Below, one piece after another: positions 1-11,276 of a DNA stretch of 64,000 nt. Each line of letters starts with the position of its first letter. Positions within the stretch are counted from its first letter, which is position 1. The DNA is from Rebecca billardiae RCC1528 (lineage: Eukaryota > Protista > Haptophyta). The notes under the pieces were generated by a model. It did no database searches. It was not told the DNA's origin and saw only the letters and a program-made list of their open reading frames with translations. Where the stretch lies: NCBI GenBank assembly GCA_965240325.2, contig OZ251230.1:1426001-1490000 (forward strand), in the 5' to 3' direction. Made by a program: the position numbers and the translations under genes.

Positions 1-31
1 CGGCCTGGCAGCAGCGCGGCGCAGAGGCGGT

Positions 32-460
32 CTAGTCGAGACGCTGGCTTGCCGGCTCTGCCGGTGACTCCCTCAAAGGGCTCCCGCGTAATACCGTAGT
101 TGGCGTCGAACCATCAGAGAGCTGCGAGCTGATTGTAGAAGCGGTCAATGTATGGAGAATACCCACCACGAGCCGTGTTGCGTGCCTGAGGATGCTACCC
201 GCGATCGCCGGCAGAGGTAGAATCAGGTATGGCGTGGCTTTCCTATCCGCGCGAATATCGTCGCTGAGATGCACGACATCCTCCTCCAGGCGCCGCGCGA
301 TCAGCAGCGTCACAGTCCACACGCACACCGCAAACACGGTTGGACACAAAAAACCAACAAGAGCACCAAACGTGAGGACCACATTCGCTGGCAGCCAAAT
401 TGACCGCACTTGCACGAACAGCAGCGTACGGGCAGCACGCGTCTCGACCTCGTGCGCCAT
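32..460 (-). CDS. Hypothetical small hydrophobic protein
   Basis: 142-aa ATG-started ORF with hydrophobic stretches (LPANVVLTFGALVGFLCPTVFAVCVWTVTLLI), divergent from the methyltransferase gene; no recognisable family. Confidence 0.25.
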   Translation of the reverse strand: MAHEVETRAARTLLFVQVRSIWLPANVVLTFGALVGFLCPTVFAVCVWTVTLLIARRLEEDVVHLSDDIRADRKATPYLILPLPAIAGSILRHATRLVVGILHTLTASTISSQLSDGSTPTTVLRGSPLRESPAEPASQRLD

Positions 461-652
461 GGTCCTTGCCCCCGGGACGGTTGCTCAAGGATACGGATTA
501 GATCGCCCGGTCCGCCATGGAATGATACAGTTTACTAAGAATAAGAGACGCACACAGCTCAGGCAGGCGAGATTGAACAGTATGGAGATACGTATGGAAG
601 TCGCCTGGGCTGCAGCTGCAGCTGCTGGCCTGGCCGGCTTGGGCGGCTTGTA

Positions 653-1945
653 ATGGCTGGGCGATGGCGGCCTCGGCCTCGACCTTTGGGCTGGCGATGG
701 TGTGTGAGCGCAGCGGCGGCGACCCTATCGGTCGCCTCGGCGCACGTGGTCGACATGCGCGTCGCGTGCCCCCACTATGAGCGCTGCGACGGCTGCTCGG
801 TCGCGACTCACGTCCACGAGCCGCCTGTCCTCGAGCGTGCACGCCGCTTCTTCTCGACGGAGGCAAACGTCGAGCAATTGCCCAGCGTGATGGCGAGTGC
901 GACGGGATGGCGGACTCACGCCAAGCTGGCCGTGCGGGGCACCTCCGCCGACCCGATGCTCGGCCTCTTCCGCCGCGGCACGCACGAGGTCGAGCCCATC
1001 CCGGAGTGTGCCGTGCACCACCGATCGATCAACGCGGCCGCCGCCGAGCTGCTCGCGCTGCTGCGCGAGACGCGCACCTCTATCTACGACGAGGGCAGCC
1101 AGTCCGGCCTACTGCGCTACGTGCAGCTCAATGTCGAGCGCTCGAGCTCGACCGTGCAGCTCGTGCTCGTCTGCAACGCCCCGCCCGAGCCGCCGGACCG
1201 CCGCCCGCCCGCGGCGATGACGAGCCTGCTCGCGGCGCTGCGCGAGCGCGCCGCGCACGACGGGAGCGTGTGGCACTCGGTGTGGGTGCACTACAACGAC
1301 GAGCGAAGGAACAACATCCTGAGCTACAAGCCCGCCCCGCCCGGCTCGACGCGGTGGCACTGCGTCCTTGGCGAACCTGCGGTGCGTGAGCGCGTGCTCC
1401 ACCGCGAATTTGAATATTCGCCGTGGGTCTTCAGGCAGGCAAACCTGGACGGATTCGAAAGAATCGTCGAGCGCGTGGCGGCGCGCGTCGGCGAGGATGC
1501 TCGCGTGTGCGAGCTGTACGCGGGGATCGGGCTCATCGGGCTCAACTGCCTCGAGCGCGCGCGCAGCGTGCGCTGCTCGGATGTCAATCCGCTGCTTGAT
1601 GAGCCGGTCGCGGCCGCACTTGCGGCGCTCCCCGCAGAGCTGCGCGCGCGCGCGACGTACACGCGACGCGACGCAGGCGAGAGCGCGGAGGAGTTCAAGG
1701 CGCGGCCTGACGAGCTCATCGTCGACCCGCCGCGCAAGGGCCTTGATCGCGCCGTGCTCGAGCTGCTCCATCGCACGCCGAGCGTGCGCGCGCTCCACTA
1801 CGTCTCATGCGGCTACCTCGCCCTCGAAAGGGACGCTCGTGAGCTGCTGAATGCCGGCTGGGTGGTGCGTGACGCAGAGGCGCACGTGCTCTTCCCGGGC
1901 GCGGATCACATCGAGACGCTTGTCTTCTTCGAGCGTCGCACCTAG
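653..1945 (+). CDS. RNA (uracil-5-)-methyltransferase, TrmA/RlmD(RumA) family, probably organelle-targeted
   Basis: CPHYERCDGC Fe-S-type motif, FRQAN, SAM motif ELYAGIG, VDPPRKGL, catalytic YVSC, C-terminal LFPGADHIE; N-terminal extension. Confidence 0.9.
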   Translation: MAGRWRPRPRPLGWRWCVSAAAATLSVASAHVVDMRVACPHYERCDGCSVATHVHEPPVLERARRFFSTEANVEQLPSVMASATGWRTHAKLAVRGTSADPMLGLFRRGTHEVEPIPECAVHHRSINAAAAELLALLRETRTSIYDEGSQSGLLRYVQLNVERSSSTVQLVLVCNAPPEPPDRRPPAAMTSLLAALRERAAHDGSVWHSVWVHYNDERRNNILSYKPAPPGSTRWHCVLGEPAVRERVLHREFEYSPWVFRQANLDGFERIVERVAARVGEDARVCELYAGIGLIGLNCLERARSVRCSDVNPLLDEPVAAALAALPAELRARATYTRRDAGESAEEFKARPDELIVDPPRKGLDRAVLELLHRTPSVRALHYVSCGYLALERDARELLNAGWVVRDAEAHVLFPGADHIETLVFFERRT

Positions 1946-2933
1946 CCACTGTGGGGCCAGCACGACGATATCGTCAGCTGACACTAGGCGGCGGCCGTGC
2001 ACCGTGGCCCGCGTCCGGGCGTTGAGCCCAAAGCCTGGGGCTGGAGCAGTCCAGCACGGCTGGAGCACCGGCGCCACTTACCCACTACCGCGGCTGATTG
2101 AGGCCCGCGGCCCCTCCGACCAGACTCGATCACCGGTCGTCACGTATTGCCGAATATAATGTCAGCGGATCATATCCGCCGCAATTTAAAAGCGCGCGGA
2201 TAGTGTCAGGCATCCGAGCAGCACCGAGCACGGGCCAGCTCATCATGCATCAGCTAGTTCGCGGATGAATGGATGAATTGGATGATCATGATATGCGCGC
2301 ATGCTCCGAGCTGCTCCGACTAGTGCTCAGCCGTGCCGCCAGCAGCTGGCGCTCACACTTGTCAAGTTCGGCAATCAATCACAATGACGAGACTCAGTCT
2401 GGAGACTCCGGCGAGTCGTCGGAGACCGTCGTCAGGGCTCATCAGGGCTAGGCGCGCTCCCGTGAGCACTGCACGGCGCAGTGACTCACTGATGCTGACA
2501 CGTGACAGCAGCGGACATGTGCTGATGTGCGGCGCCGAGTGCGGGAGCTGCTGCGGCTGATCACTGCATGATGATGTTGAGTGATCACGGATCAGATGAC
2601 AGACTTGCTCGCCACTTGACACTGAGGAGTGACGACTGAGGGTCGTGGCATAAAGTTACGGCGGGCGGCGCGCAGACGCGCGCCCGCGCCCGCGCGGGAC
2701 TCTGTCTCTGAGTCATCATCACTCGATCTCACTGAGTCACGGCGGAGTCGTCGTTTGGCTCCGGCTAGGCTCAGCTAGACGCGACGCGCTCATACGTCGT
2801 CATATATTCACGCGGGTCATCCTTCACACGCGTGACCCCGCCTGGGAGTCTTCTGTGTACGAGTTCTGATTCACACTGCGTGACTCCGATACATGTGTCT
2901 GTCGGTCGACAGTGTGACTCCGACACTTCACAA

Positions 2934-3807
2934 TCACAGGGCACCGCCCGGGCCGTGCGCCGTGACAAGGCGATCGAGATCAGGCTGCACGGTCTTGCGC
3001 TCGTCCTCGCTGAGCCGATCGACGTAGAGCACACCGTCGAGGTGGTCGTACTCGTGCTGGAAGATCCGCGCCTCCCAGCCCACGTACTTCTTCGTGAAGG
3101 GCTTCCCCTTCAGGTTGAAGGCCTTCACCTTGATCCACTTGGCGCGCTCCACCTGCGCGCCAAAGCCAGGGAAGGAGAGGCAGCCCTCGTCGCCGAGCTC
3201 GACGCCTTCAGCGGAGCCGACGATCTGCGGGTTCACCAGCACCACCTCCCCGCCCAGCTTGCGCTCGTCGCCGTCGGGGTTGAAGACCATNNNNNNNNNN
3301 NNNNNNNNNNNNNNNNNNNNNNNNNNNNNNNNNNNNNNNNNNNNNNNNNNNNNNNNNNNNNNNNNNNNNNNNNNNNNNNNNNNNNNNNNNGAAGACCATC
3401 AGCCGCACATTCTTGCCAACCTGGGGCGCGGCGAGGCCGACGCCGCCCGAAGCATACATCATCTTGAACATGCGGCGCGCGAGGTCGCGCAGCTCGTCGT
3501 CGAACTCGGTGACCTCGACGTTCGGCGCGCGGAGCAGCGGGTGTGGGTACTTGAGGACGGTCAGACCCGCCACCTCCCCAGGGTCGATCTCCTCCTCGGC
3601 GGGGGCCGCCTTGGCCTCGGCCTCGACGAGCACGATGCTCGCTCGACGCGCGGCCGGGGAGAGCGCGCAAGCGTGCGAGCACGCTGGGATCACGCCGGCG
3701 CGCACGTTCACGCTGACCGGCGCGTGCGCGCCCTCGGCGGGCCCGGCCGTCGCGAGCACCAGCGACAGGGCGAGGAGTGCACGTTCCCTTCGCGATGTGA
3801 ACGCCAT
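2934..3807 (-). CDS. def: Peptide deformylase (PDF1B-like, signal/transit peptide); interrupted by a 100-N assembly gap
   Basis: Motifs GVGLAAPQVG, EGCLS and QHEYDHL; ATG at 3807 (MAFTSRRERALLALSLVLA...). The gap flanks share GAAGACCAT; merging them gives the continuous VRLMVFNPDG. Confidence 0.93.
3291..3390. other. Assembly gap (100 N)
   Basis: Run of 100 N; 3282-3290 and 3391-3399 are the identical 9-mer GAAGACCAT. Confidence 0.97.
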
Positions 3808-3954
3808 CGTCACTGATGGACTGCTCAGTGGATTAAAGCTTGATGCTGATTGGTGGGCTGGCAGTGGCCGTGAAGTTGATGTCGTCGAAAAGCGCGACTC
3901 TGTCTCCAGCTTCAAGCGACCGATTTGGACGTCGATCGATCTGGGCCGCGCCAT

Positions 3955-6900
3955 ATGGCTCCGCCTCGCCGCGCCGGCACCATCGGCGAGCTGCCCAAGC
4001 TCCCCGAGGCGCGGGTGTGGTACCCAACAGAGGAGCAGTTCAAGGACTTTTATGGCTACATACGCCGCATCCAGCCCGAGGCCCACACGTACGCGCGTCA
4101 CGAGCGGCTGCGCGGTGGTGGCATGCCTGCGCGCACGCGAGCGCGACGTGCTGGCGCGCGCACCGACGCGCCGCAACCGGCTGCCCACCCTCCGCGCCGC
4201 GCAGTGACGGCATCTCGCTCATCGTGCCGCCGCCCTCGTGGAAGCCGCCCTTCCAGCTCGACCCGTCCAAGCTGCGCTTCAACACGCGCGTGCAGAAGAT
4301 CAACGAGCTGTTCGAGCGCTCCGTGCTGCGCGTGCGCTTCCTGACGTGCCTGCGCGAGTTCCACGACGCGCAGGGCACGCCCCTGACGCACATACCCGTG
4401 CTCGCCGGCCACGAGGTCGACCTCTACCGGCTGTACAACGCCGTCGCCGCGCGCGGAGGCTTTGAGAGCGTGTGCGCGGCGCGTGGCGGCTGGGCGGACA
4501 TTGCTCGCGCGCTCAATTACCAGGGGTTGAGCCACGTGCCGCAGGCGCTGCGCCAGGCGTACGCAAAGCTGCTCCTCGCGTACGAGCAGCTTCCTGACGA
4601 GCGCAAGGCGAGCGCCCTGCACGACAAGGAGGCGCGTAGCCGCGAGCGTATCGAGCAGGTGTGCGCGCGTGCCCGCCCGCGCGCGTGCGCTCTGTGCGCA
4701 GTCTGGGCCGAGGCCCTCGACGCTCGCGCCGGGGGGGGCGGCGGCGGCGGGCAGGAAGTGCTCACTTCCGAGCGCGACCCACGCGTGCGCGCGGGCTCGC
4801 GCTCGCGCAGGAGGGCGTCCTGACCGGGAGCCTGATGTCCGCCCGCGCGGTCGGGCTAGCGGGCGGCGGCGGCAAGGAACACGGCGCCGCCGCCGTCGAG
4901 CGCTCCAACGAGCTCGTGGACGGCGGCGAGCGTGTGATCGCGTACGAGCCGCCCGAGCCGGGGCGCGAAGTGTGCGAGGTGTGCCGCCCCCGCACGCGCA
5001 CGCCCGTCCTCCGGCGGCGCGCGTGCGCACGCCGGCTGAGCGGCGCCCGCGGCGCCGCGCCGCCACCTCGCCGCCCACCGCTGCGCTCGGCGCGCGCAGG
5101 TGTGCCGCTCTGGGCAGGACGACTCGCGGATGATCCTGTGCGACCGGTGCAACTGCGGCTTCCACATCTACTGCCTCACGCCGCCGCTCTCCGCCGTGCC
5201 CGCGGGCGACTGGCTGTGCGACACGTGCCTGGGCGAGCGCTTTGGCTTCGGCTCGGGCGGGCGGTACACCCACTTTCAGTTTGCGCGCTCGGCGCACGCG
5301 TTCAAGCGCGCCTTCTTCGAGACGGTGCGGCGGGCGGCGGGCGCGCGCGGGGGCGCGCGCGCGGCCGCTCGGCGCGGCCGCGCACCACGCGCGCGCCCAC
5401 GCGCCCTCTCCGCGCCCTCGCCCGCGCAGGTGCTCGGCAAGCGCGCCAAGGGCGAGGCGCTGACAGACGTGTCGGTTGACGCGGACGAAGTCGAGTGGCA
5501 GTTTTGGAACGCGGTGGACAACTCGGCGAAGCCGCTGCAGGTGCTGTACGGCTCGGACGTGGACTCGCTCGAGGTGGGCTCGGGGTTCGAGCGCCTCCCC
5601 GAGCTCTGCACGCAGCGCCGCCACGCGTCCGCGCCGCCGCCGCCCAAGCAGTCGCCGTTTGCGGCGCACCCTTTCAACGTGAACAACATCGGCGCGCGCT
5701 CGCTGCTCGCCGCGCTCGGCCAGGGGATCTCCGGGATGGTCGTGCCGTGGCTCTACTTCGGGATGCTCTTCTCGTCGTTCTGCTGGCACGTCGAGGACCA
5801 CCTGTGCCACTCGGTCAACTACATGCACTCGGGCGCGCCCAAGACTTGGTGCGCGCGCGCACGCGCGCCGCGCCGTTGCCCGAGCGCTCGCGCGCGCGGC
5901 TGCCGCGGCGCCCGGCGCGCGCGCGCCCGGCGCGACGCGCACGCCGGCGGCGACTGAGCGCGCGCGCGGCGGCGCGCGGCAGGTACGGCGTCGCGGCGGA
6001 GGACCGCTCGCGCTTCGAGGCGGCGATGCGCGCGGCGGCGCCCGAGCTCTTTGCGCACGAGAGCGGGCTTCTCTACCGGATGGTGACGATGGTGCCTCCG
6101 TGGCGGGCCGCGGACGCCGGGGTGCAGGTGACGCGGCTGCTGCAGCGCGCGGGCACGTTCGTGGTGACCTGGCCCGCGGCGTACCACGCGGGCTTCTCGC
6201 ACGGGCTGAACTGCGCCGAGTCCACCAACTTCGGCGCGGAGGACTGGCTCCCTTGGGGGCGGCTCGCCGCGGACGAGGCGCGGAGCGCGCCCGGCTCGCG
6301 GGCGCTTTGCTTCAACCACGAGCGGCTGCTGTGTGCGCTGGCGGAGCGCGCGGCGTCGCTGCGCGTGTACACGCTGGCGTGGCTGCAGCCGGAGGTGGCG
6401 AGGCTCGTCGCGCTCGAGCGCGAGCGGCGCGAGGCCTTCGTCGCGGCGGAGCACGCGCGCGCCAAGCCGCTCAAGACAGAGCGTGCGGCCGAGCCGTGTG
6501 CGACCGCGCTGGAGCCCGCGCCCGCGCGCGCGCCGCACGCGACTCCCGCCGCCGCCGCCAAGGGCAAAGGCGGCGGCGGGAAGGGCGCGCACGCGGCGGC
6601 GGCGGCGGCGGTGGCGGCGCCGCGCTGCGCCACGTGCAGCTACGACCTCGCCGTCGCGTACGTGCGCTGCCCCCACTGCGCGGCCACGCACTGTCTCGTG
6701 CACGGCGGCGCCGAGCACGCGTGCGCGTGTGCCTCCGCGCGCGCGCTCGTGTGCGCCCGCTCGCTCGAGGAGCTGGCGCAGCTGCAGGCGGCGGTGGACG
6801 CGCGGGCGCTGCCGTACCTGCGCTGGCGGCGGCAGGTGCGCGCGCTGCGGCTGCCGGCGTGCGCGCCGCAGCCCGCGGCGGACGGCGCGCTCGGCGCGCG

Positions 6901-9345
6901 CCGCGCGCCGCAGCCGGGCGGCGCGCACCCGCAGCCCGGCGGCGCGCAGCCGCAGCCGCAGCTCCGGCCTCAGACCTCGAGCCCTTGGGCTGCGCAGGAG
7001 GGAGCTGCGCCGAGCGGGGGCGTGGACGCGCTCGACGCCGTCGAGGCGGGCGGCGGGGCCGAGCACGAGCAGCCGGCGCTGGTGCTCTCCTACCCGGAGC
7101 TCGAGGCGCTGCGCGACGCCGTGCCAGAGCTTGGCCTCGACGACGACGACGCCGACGCGGCGCGCGCGCGCGCGGCGTGCGCCGCCGCGGGCGCGTGGGC
7201 CGCGAGCGCTTCGCAGCACGGGCGCGCGGCGAGCAACGGCGCGGCGGCGAAGCTGCCGGGTGGCGGGCGCGCGAGCGCCGACTCGCTCGCCGCGCTCCTC
7301 GACGAGCACGACTCGCGCCTCCCCGCCGCCTTCCCCGCGCAGCGGGCCGCGTTGGGCGCGCTCCACGGCCGCGTGTGCGCGTGGCGTGCGCGCGCCTCAG
7401 AACTGGTGCAGGTGAGGCGGCGCGGGCAGGGCGGCGCGACACGGGCGCGGGGCGTGGCGCGTGGCGCGCGGTGTGACGCGGCGCGCGTGCCGCTCACGCC
7501 CGCGCGTGCCCCCGCCTCGGCGCTCGCCCGACGCCGCGCGCCCCACGCCGGCACGCACAGATGGAAACGACAGCCGGCACCGAAGGAGCGCCGCCGCCAG
7601 AGGTCGCCGTGTCGGCCGAGGCGCTGGAGGCGCACGTCGAGGCGGCGCACGGCTTCGCGCTGCAGCTCCCCGAGCGGCCGCTGCTCACGCAGCGCGCCGC
7701 GGGTCTGCGCTGGCTCGCCGCCTCGCCCGGCGCGATGGAGGTGCGTCGGCGCGCGGGGCGCGCACGCACGCGCGCCGCGCGCCTCGCGGTCGGCGCCGCT
7801 GCCGAGCGCCCTGCACTGCCGAGGGAGCGCCGAGCCCCGCGCGCTGCGTGCAGCCCGCCTCGGCCGCGGCAGCGAGCGCCCCGCGCCCGCCTGCGCGTGT
7901 GCTGTGCTGTGCTGTGCTGTGCTGTGCTCTGCTGTGCTCTGCGCGCCGCGTGTGTGCTAGCCTCCCGCCCGCGCGCACACGCGCCCACCGCCGCGCCGCG
8001 CGCCCTGGCGCCCACCCGCGCGCAGGCACGGCTGCCGCTCGGCGCGCTGAAGGCCCTCGTCGAGAAGGGCAAGCGCCTCGGCCTGGGTGGCCTCCCCGAG
8101 CACGCGCAGCTGAGCGCGAGGCTCGCGGCCGCGCACGGCTGGGCGGCGCGCGCCGACGCGGCCGTGCGCGCGGGCTCGGACGCCTCGGAGCTCGGCCACT
8201 TGCTGGACGAGGCGGCAGCCCTCGAGCGCGTCGAAGTTTCCGAGAAGCTTCTCGCGCAGCTCGCGTCGAGGCGCGCCGCGCTGGGCGCGTGGGAGGCGGA
8301 GACTGCGGAGACGCTCGCGCGCGCGCCGCCGCACGCGGCCACGGCGGACGAGCTCGCGGCGGCCAAGCAGGCGGCGGCGCGGCTGCGCGTGAGCGCGGAC
8401 GGCGGCGGGCGCGGCGCCGAGCTGCTCGCCGCGCTCAGCTCGCGGATCGGTGGCGCGGCGGCGTGGCGCAAGGCGGCGACCTCCCTGCTCGCCAAGCCCG
8501 GCGCACGGCGCCCGCTCGCGGCGATCCTCGCCGACGACGGCCTGCCGAGCGCGGAGGAGAACAACCACGCGTGCGACCACTGCGCGGCCGAGGACGAGCT
8601 CACCCCGGCGCACGTCGCGTGGGTCGGATGCGACACGTGTCCGCGCTGGGTGCACGCGCACTGCATCGGGCTCGACGCGGACGCCGCGGCCGGCCTCGGC
8701 GCGTACACGTGCGCGCGCTGCGCGGCCCGCTCGCCCGCGCGCCCCTACCCGCTGGGTGAGCCGCCGCCGCGCGTGCTCACCGCTCGCCCGCCGCTGGCCG
8801 CGCTCGACGAGCTGCTCACACGGCACGCCGCCCTGGGCGCCGCGCTGCCCGAGGCCACAGCCGCGCTGCGCCCGTGGGCGGCGGAGGCGCGCGCGTGGGA
8901 GCTGCGCGCCATGGCCGCCGTCGCGCGTGCCGCGGCAGGCGCGGCATGGCAGCCGCCGAGCCCGCCGCGGCCGGTCGTCCCCATGGCCGTCGGCACGGCC
9001 GCGCTCGCGACCGGCGGCAACACGCCTACACCGAGCGCGCGCACATCGGCGCGCGCGGCGCGCAAGCGCGCAACCAAGCCAGCGACCAACGCGCCGGGGC
9101 CCACAGCGGGTGCGGCCTTGCCGCAGCCCGAGCAGAGTGGCGGCGACGGCAGCGAGGGCGCGTCGGCCGCGGGCCTGGCGGCCGCCCGAGCGTGCGTGGA
9201 TGCATACGCCGCCCGCACGCAGCGCCAGCTGCTCCCGTCGCTCATCGAGTCGGCACGCGGGCTTCAGGTGCGCGCTGAGCTCGAGGACGTGGCGATCACG
9301 CTCGAGCTCGTCGTGCGCGAGCTCGAGCGCCGTGCGTCGGCATGA
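3955..9345 (+). CDS. KDM5: KDM5/JARID1-family histone H3K4 demethylase (JmjN-ARID-PHD-JmjC-C5HC2-like zinc finger-helical region-PHD), multi-exon
   Basis: JmjN (PEARVWYPTEEQFKDFYGYI), ARID (VDLYRLYNAVAARGGF..W), PHD (CEVC..MILCDRCNCGFHIYCL), JmjC (PWLYFGMLFSSFCWHVEDH..SVNYMH..PKTWYG..YHAGFSHGLNCAES), second PHD (CDHC..WVGCDTCPRWVHAHC). Inferred GT-AG introns: 4089-4204, 4659-4810, 4979-5099, 5325-5429, 5849-5982, 7412-7560, 7741-8025. Confidence 0.92.
7900..7941. repeat. (GCTGT)n pentanucleotide microsatellite in a KDM5 intron
   Basis: tgctgtgctgtgctgtgctgtgctgtgctctgctgtgctctg. Confidence 0.85.
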
Positions 9346-9809
9346 GCCCGGCTGCGGCTTGCTGGCGTGAGTGATATACCCGTCCGGTCCATCATGATCG
9401 GTTGGCATAGCCAGCATATTCCATAACTCATACTATATAGTCATAGTAGCGCGTATAATATTAGAAATAATAAGGCAATAAAGTCTGATGATGACATGAT
9501 GAGTGAATCTAGTGAGACTAGTGACGATGTCACGATGACGACCCATGGTGCAACTACTGCGAGCTGGCGGCTGTCAGTCACTAATAATAAGCTACTACCG
9601 TGTCTATACGGTGGAACGCGCAGCGTTCACGACTGCTCACAGAACTCGTCAGGTCGTCACATTCTCACTACTGTTAATTCTGTCAGTGTTACCAGCTGAC
9701 AGGCACTCCCAGTCCCGGGATCATCCGCCGACCGTGTGGCTGAGGCGAATCTGAACGAGGGGTGCCATCTGGCACGCGATGATGATGCGGAGGGCCGGCT
9801 GTGCATCGA

Positions 9810-10388
9810 TCAGAAGGCACTTTCACCAGCTGTGTATTCCCACGCGCGCAGGGGCGCCACGCCGGGCACCCGCTGCGACAGCATGCCCTGGAAGTTATTG
9901 AAGCCCGGCCCAGCCCGGCAGCATAATCCAATGTCGGCCCTGAGCACGGCCTTGATCGCCGTCGAGTTTTGCATTGGGAGGCAGTACTGCATGCAGTGTA
10001 GCCCGTCGGCATGCGCGTGCACCGTGAACGCGGGCACCCATTGACCGTTGGTGATGTCACACAGTTTCCCGTCCGAATCGTGCCCGCTGAACAGCGTCTG
10101 CGTGCAATGTGCGGGCGCGTGCGGCTGCGAAGGTGGGTGCGGGGGATCGTGCCCACGGCGACGACGATGGGCTGACGATGCCCCTAGCAAGCTTGCATCG
10201 TCAGAGAGACTGCCCTCAACGCCATCGTCCTCGCCGTGCTCGACTGAGAGCGGGGTGCCCATGCTGCTGCTTGCAAGCTGCAGCCATGAACGGCACCGCC
10301 CAAATACCGCGCGGCGCTTTCGGTGTCCGCCATTTTTCACGCAAGCAAAGGGCAGGCCTGCTTGCTCAGTGCTCACTGCACCGGCCAT
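9810..10388 (-). CDS. Hypothetical protein
   Basis: 192-aa ATG ORF with non-low-complexity composition; no family recognised. Confidence 0.3.
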   Translation of the reverse strand: MAGAVSTEQAGLPFACVKNGGHRKRRAVFGRCRSWLQLASSSMGTPLSVEHGEDDGVEGSLSDDASLLGASSAHRRRRGHDPPHPPSQPHAPAHCTQTLFSGHDSDGKLCDITNGQWVPAFTVHAHADGLHCMQYCLPMQNSTAIKAVLRADIGLCCRAGPGFNNFQGMLSQRVPGVAPLRAWEYTAGESAF

Positions 10389-11276
10389 GGCTTCCGGCCA
10401 GGCTGGGGCGCGTGTGTTGTGCCGGGAATTGGCGCGCTGACGGTGTTTCGTGCCGTCGCGGCGGCGCAGATGATCTCGTAGGTCACGCGCAGGTATGATG
10501 AGCGCCTTGGTACAGATTGGTGGCCCGCTCCTTCGGCTCCTTGTTATTGGTCATCGGCGGCTTGCGAGCGATCAGCCTCACTCGCAAACGCACGTGCTGA
10601 CGTGCACACGGCCGACGTTGGGGTGTTGCAAGCGCAGACAGCTGGCAAGATGGGGTTCACACACCACGAACGTATCTCTGTAGACGCAGTCGGCCCTTGA
10701 ACGCCGTCTCGATAGTGTCGTGCCTAGCAAGAGCATTGCGAAGTTAGCGTGGGCCAAAAGCCCATGGGTCCGCATGGGCATGAAAGACGCTCAATTGAAA
10801 TTCAGAAAGCCAGCAGACGAATGGTTCCCACCAAAAGAAATCTGTGCATTCAGTGGTACAGTAGCAGACTGGTAGCCCACTGAAGGCACTCAAGCGCCCT
10901 GGCCCCTCCCTGGCTGAAATTTTCGGGTCGCCGAGGCCACGCACGCACGACTGCTGACTGCTCGCGGTTGTCCCCTCACCCCTGGCTTTCCAGCCAGTCT
11001 TGGCAGCTGTCGATGGGAAGCACCCCAACATGTGTGGCCCGCGAGCCGCTCGTCGGTTGTGTACTTGTGTGGCGTGTCCACGCGAGTTGGCACTGCCAGT
11101 GCTGATGCACTGCAAAGTGCAAACCTTGCCGCCAGCAGGACTGATACGGAGTGCCCGGCACTCCGCCCCGGCCGCCGGCGGATTCGTGCCGCCATACGTT
11201 TTGAGATCGCGGCGCGCACTTCCGGCCGTCAGCACTCAGCAGACGGGGCTGCTACAGTATCGGGCGCGTCAGGACG

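Noticed and set aside
4098-9417. Long Arg/Ala/Pro-rich overlapping ORFs here and throughout the window
   Set aside because: Shadow ORFs caused by stop-codon scarcity at very high GC; they have no motifs and overlap well-supported genes.
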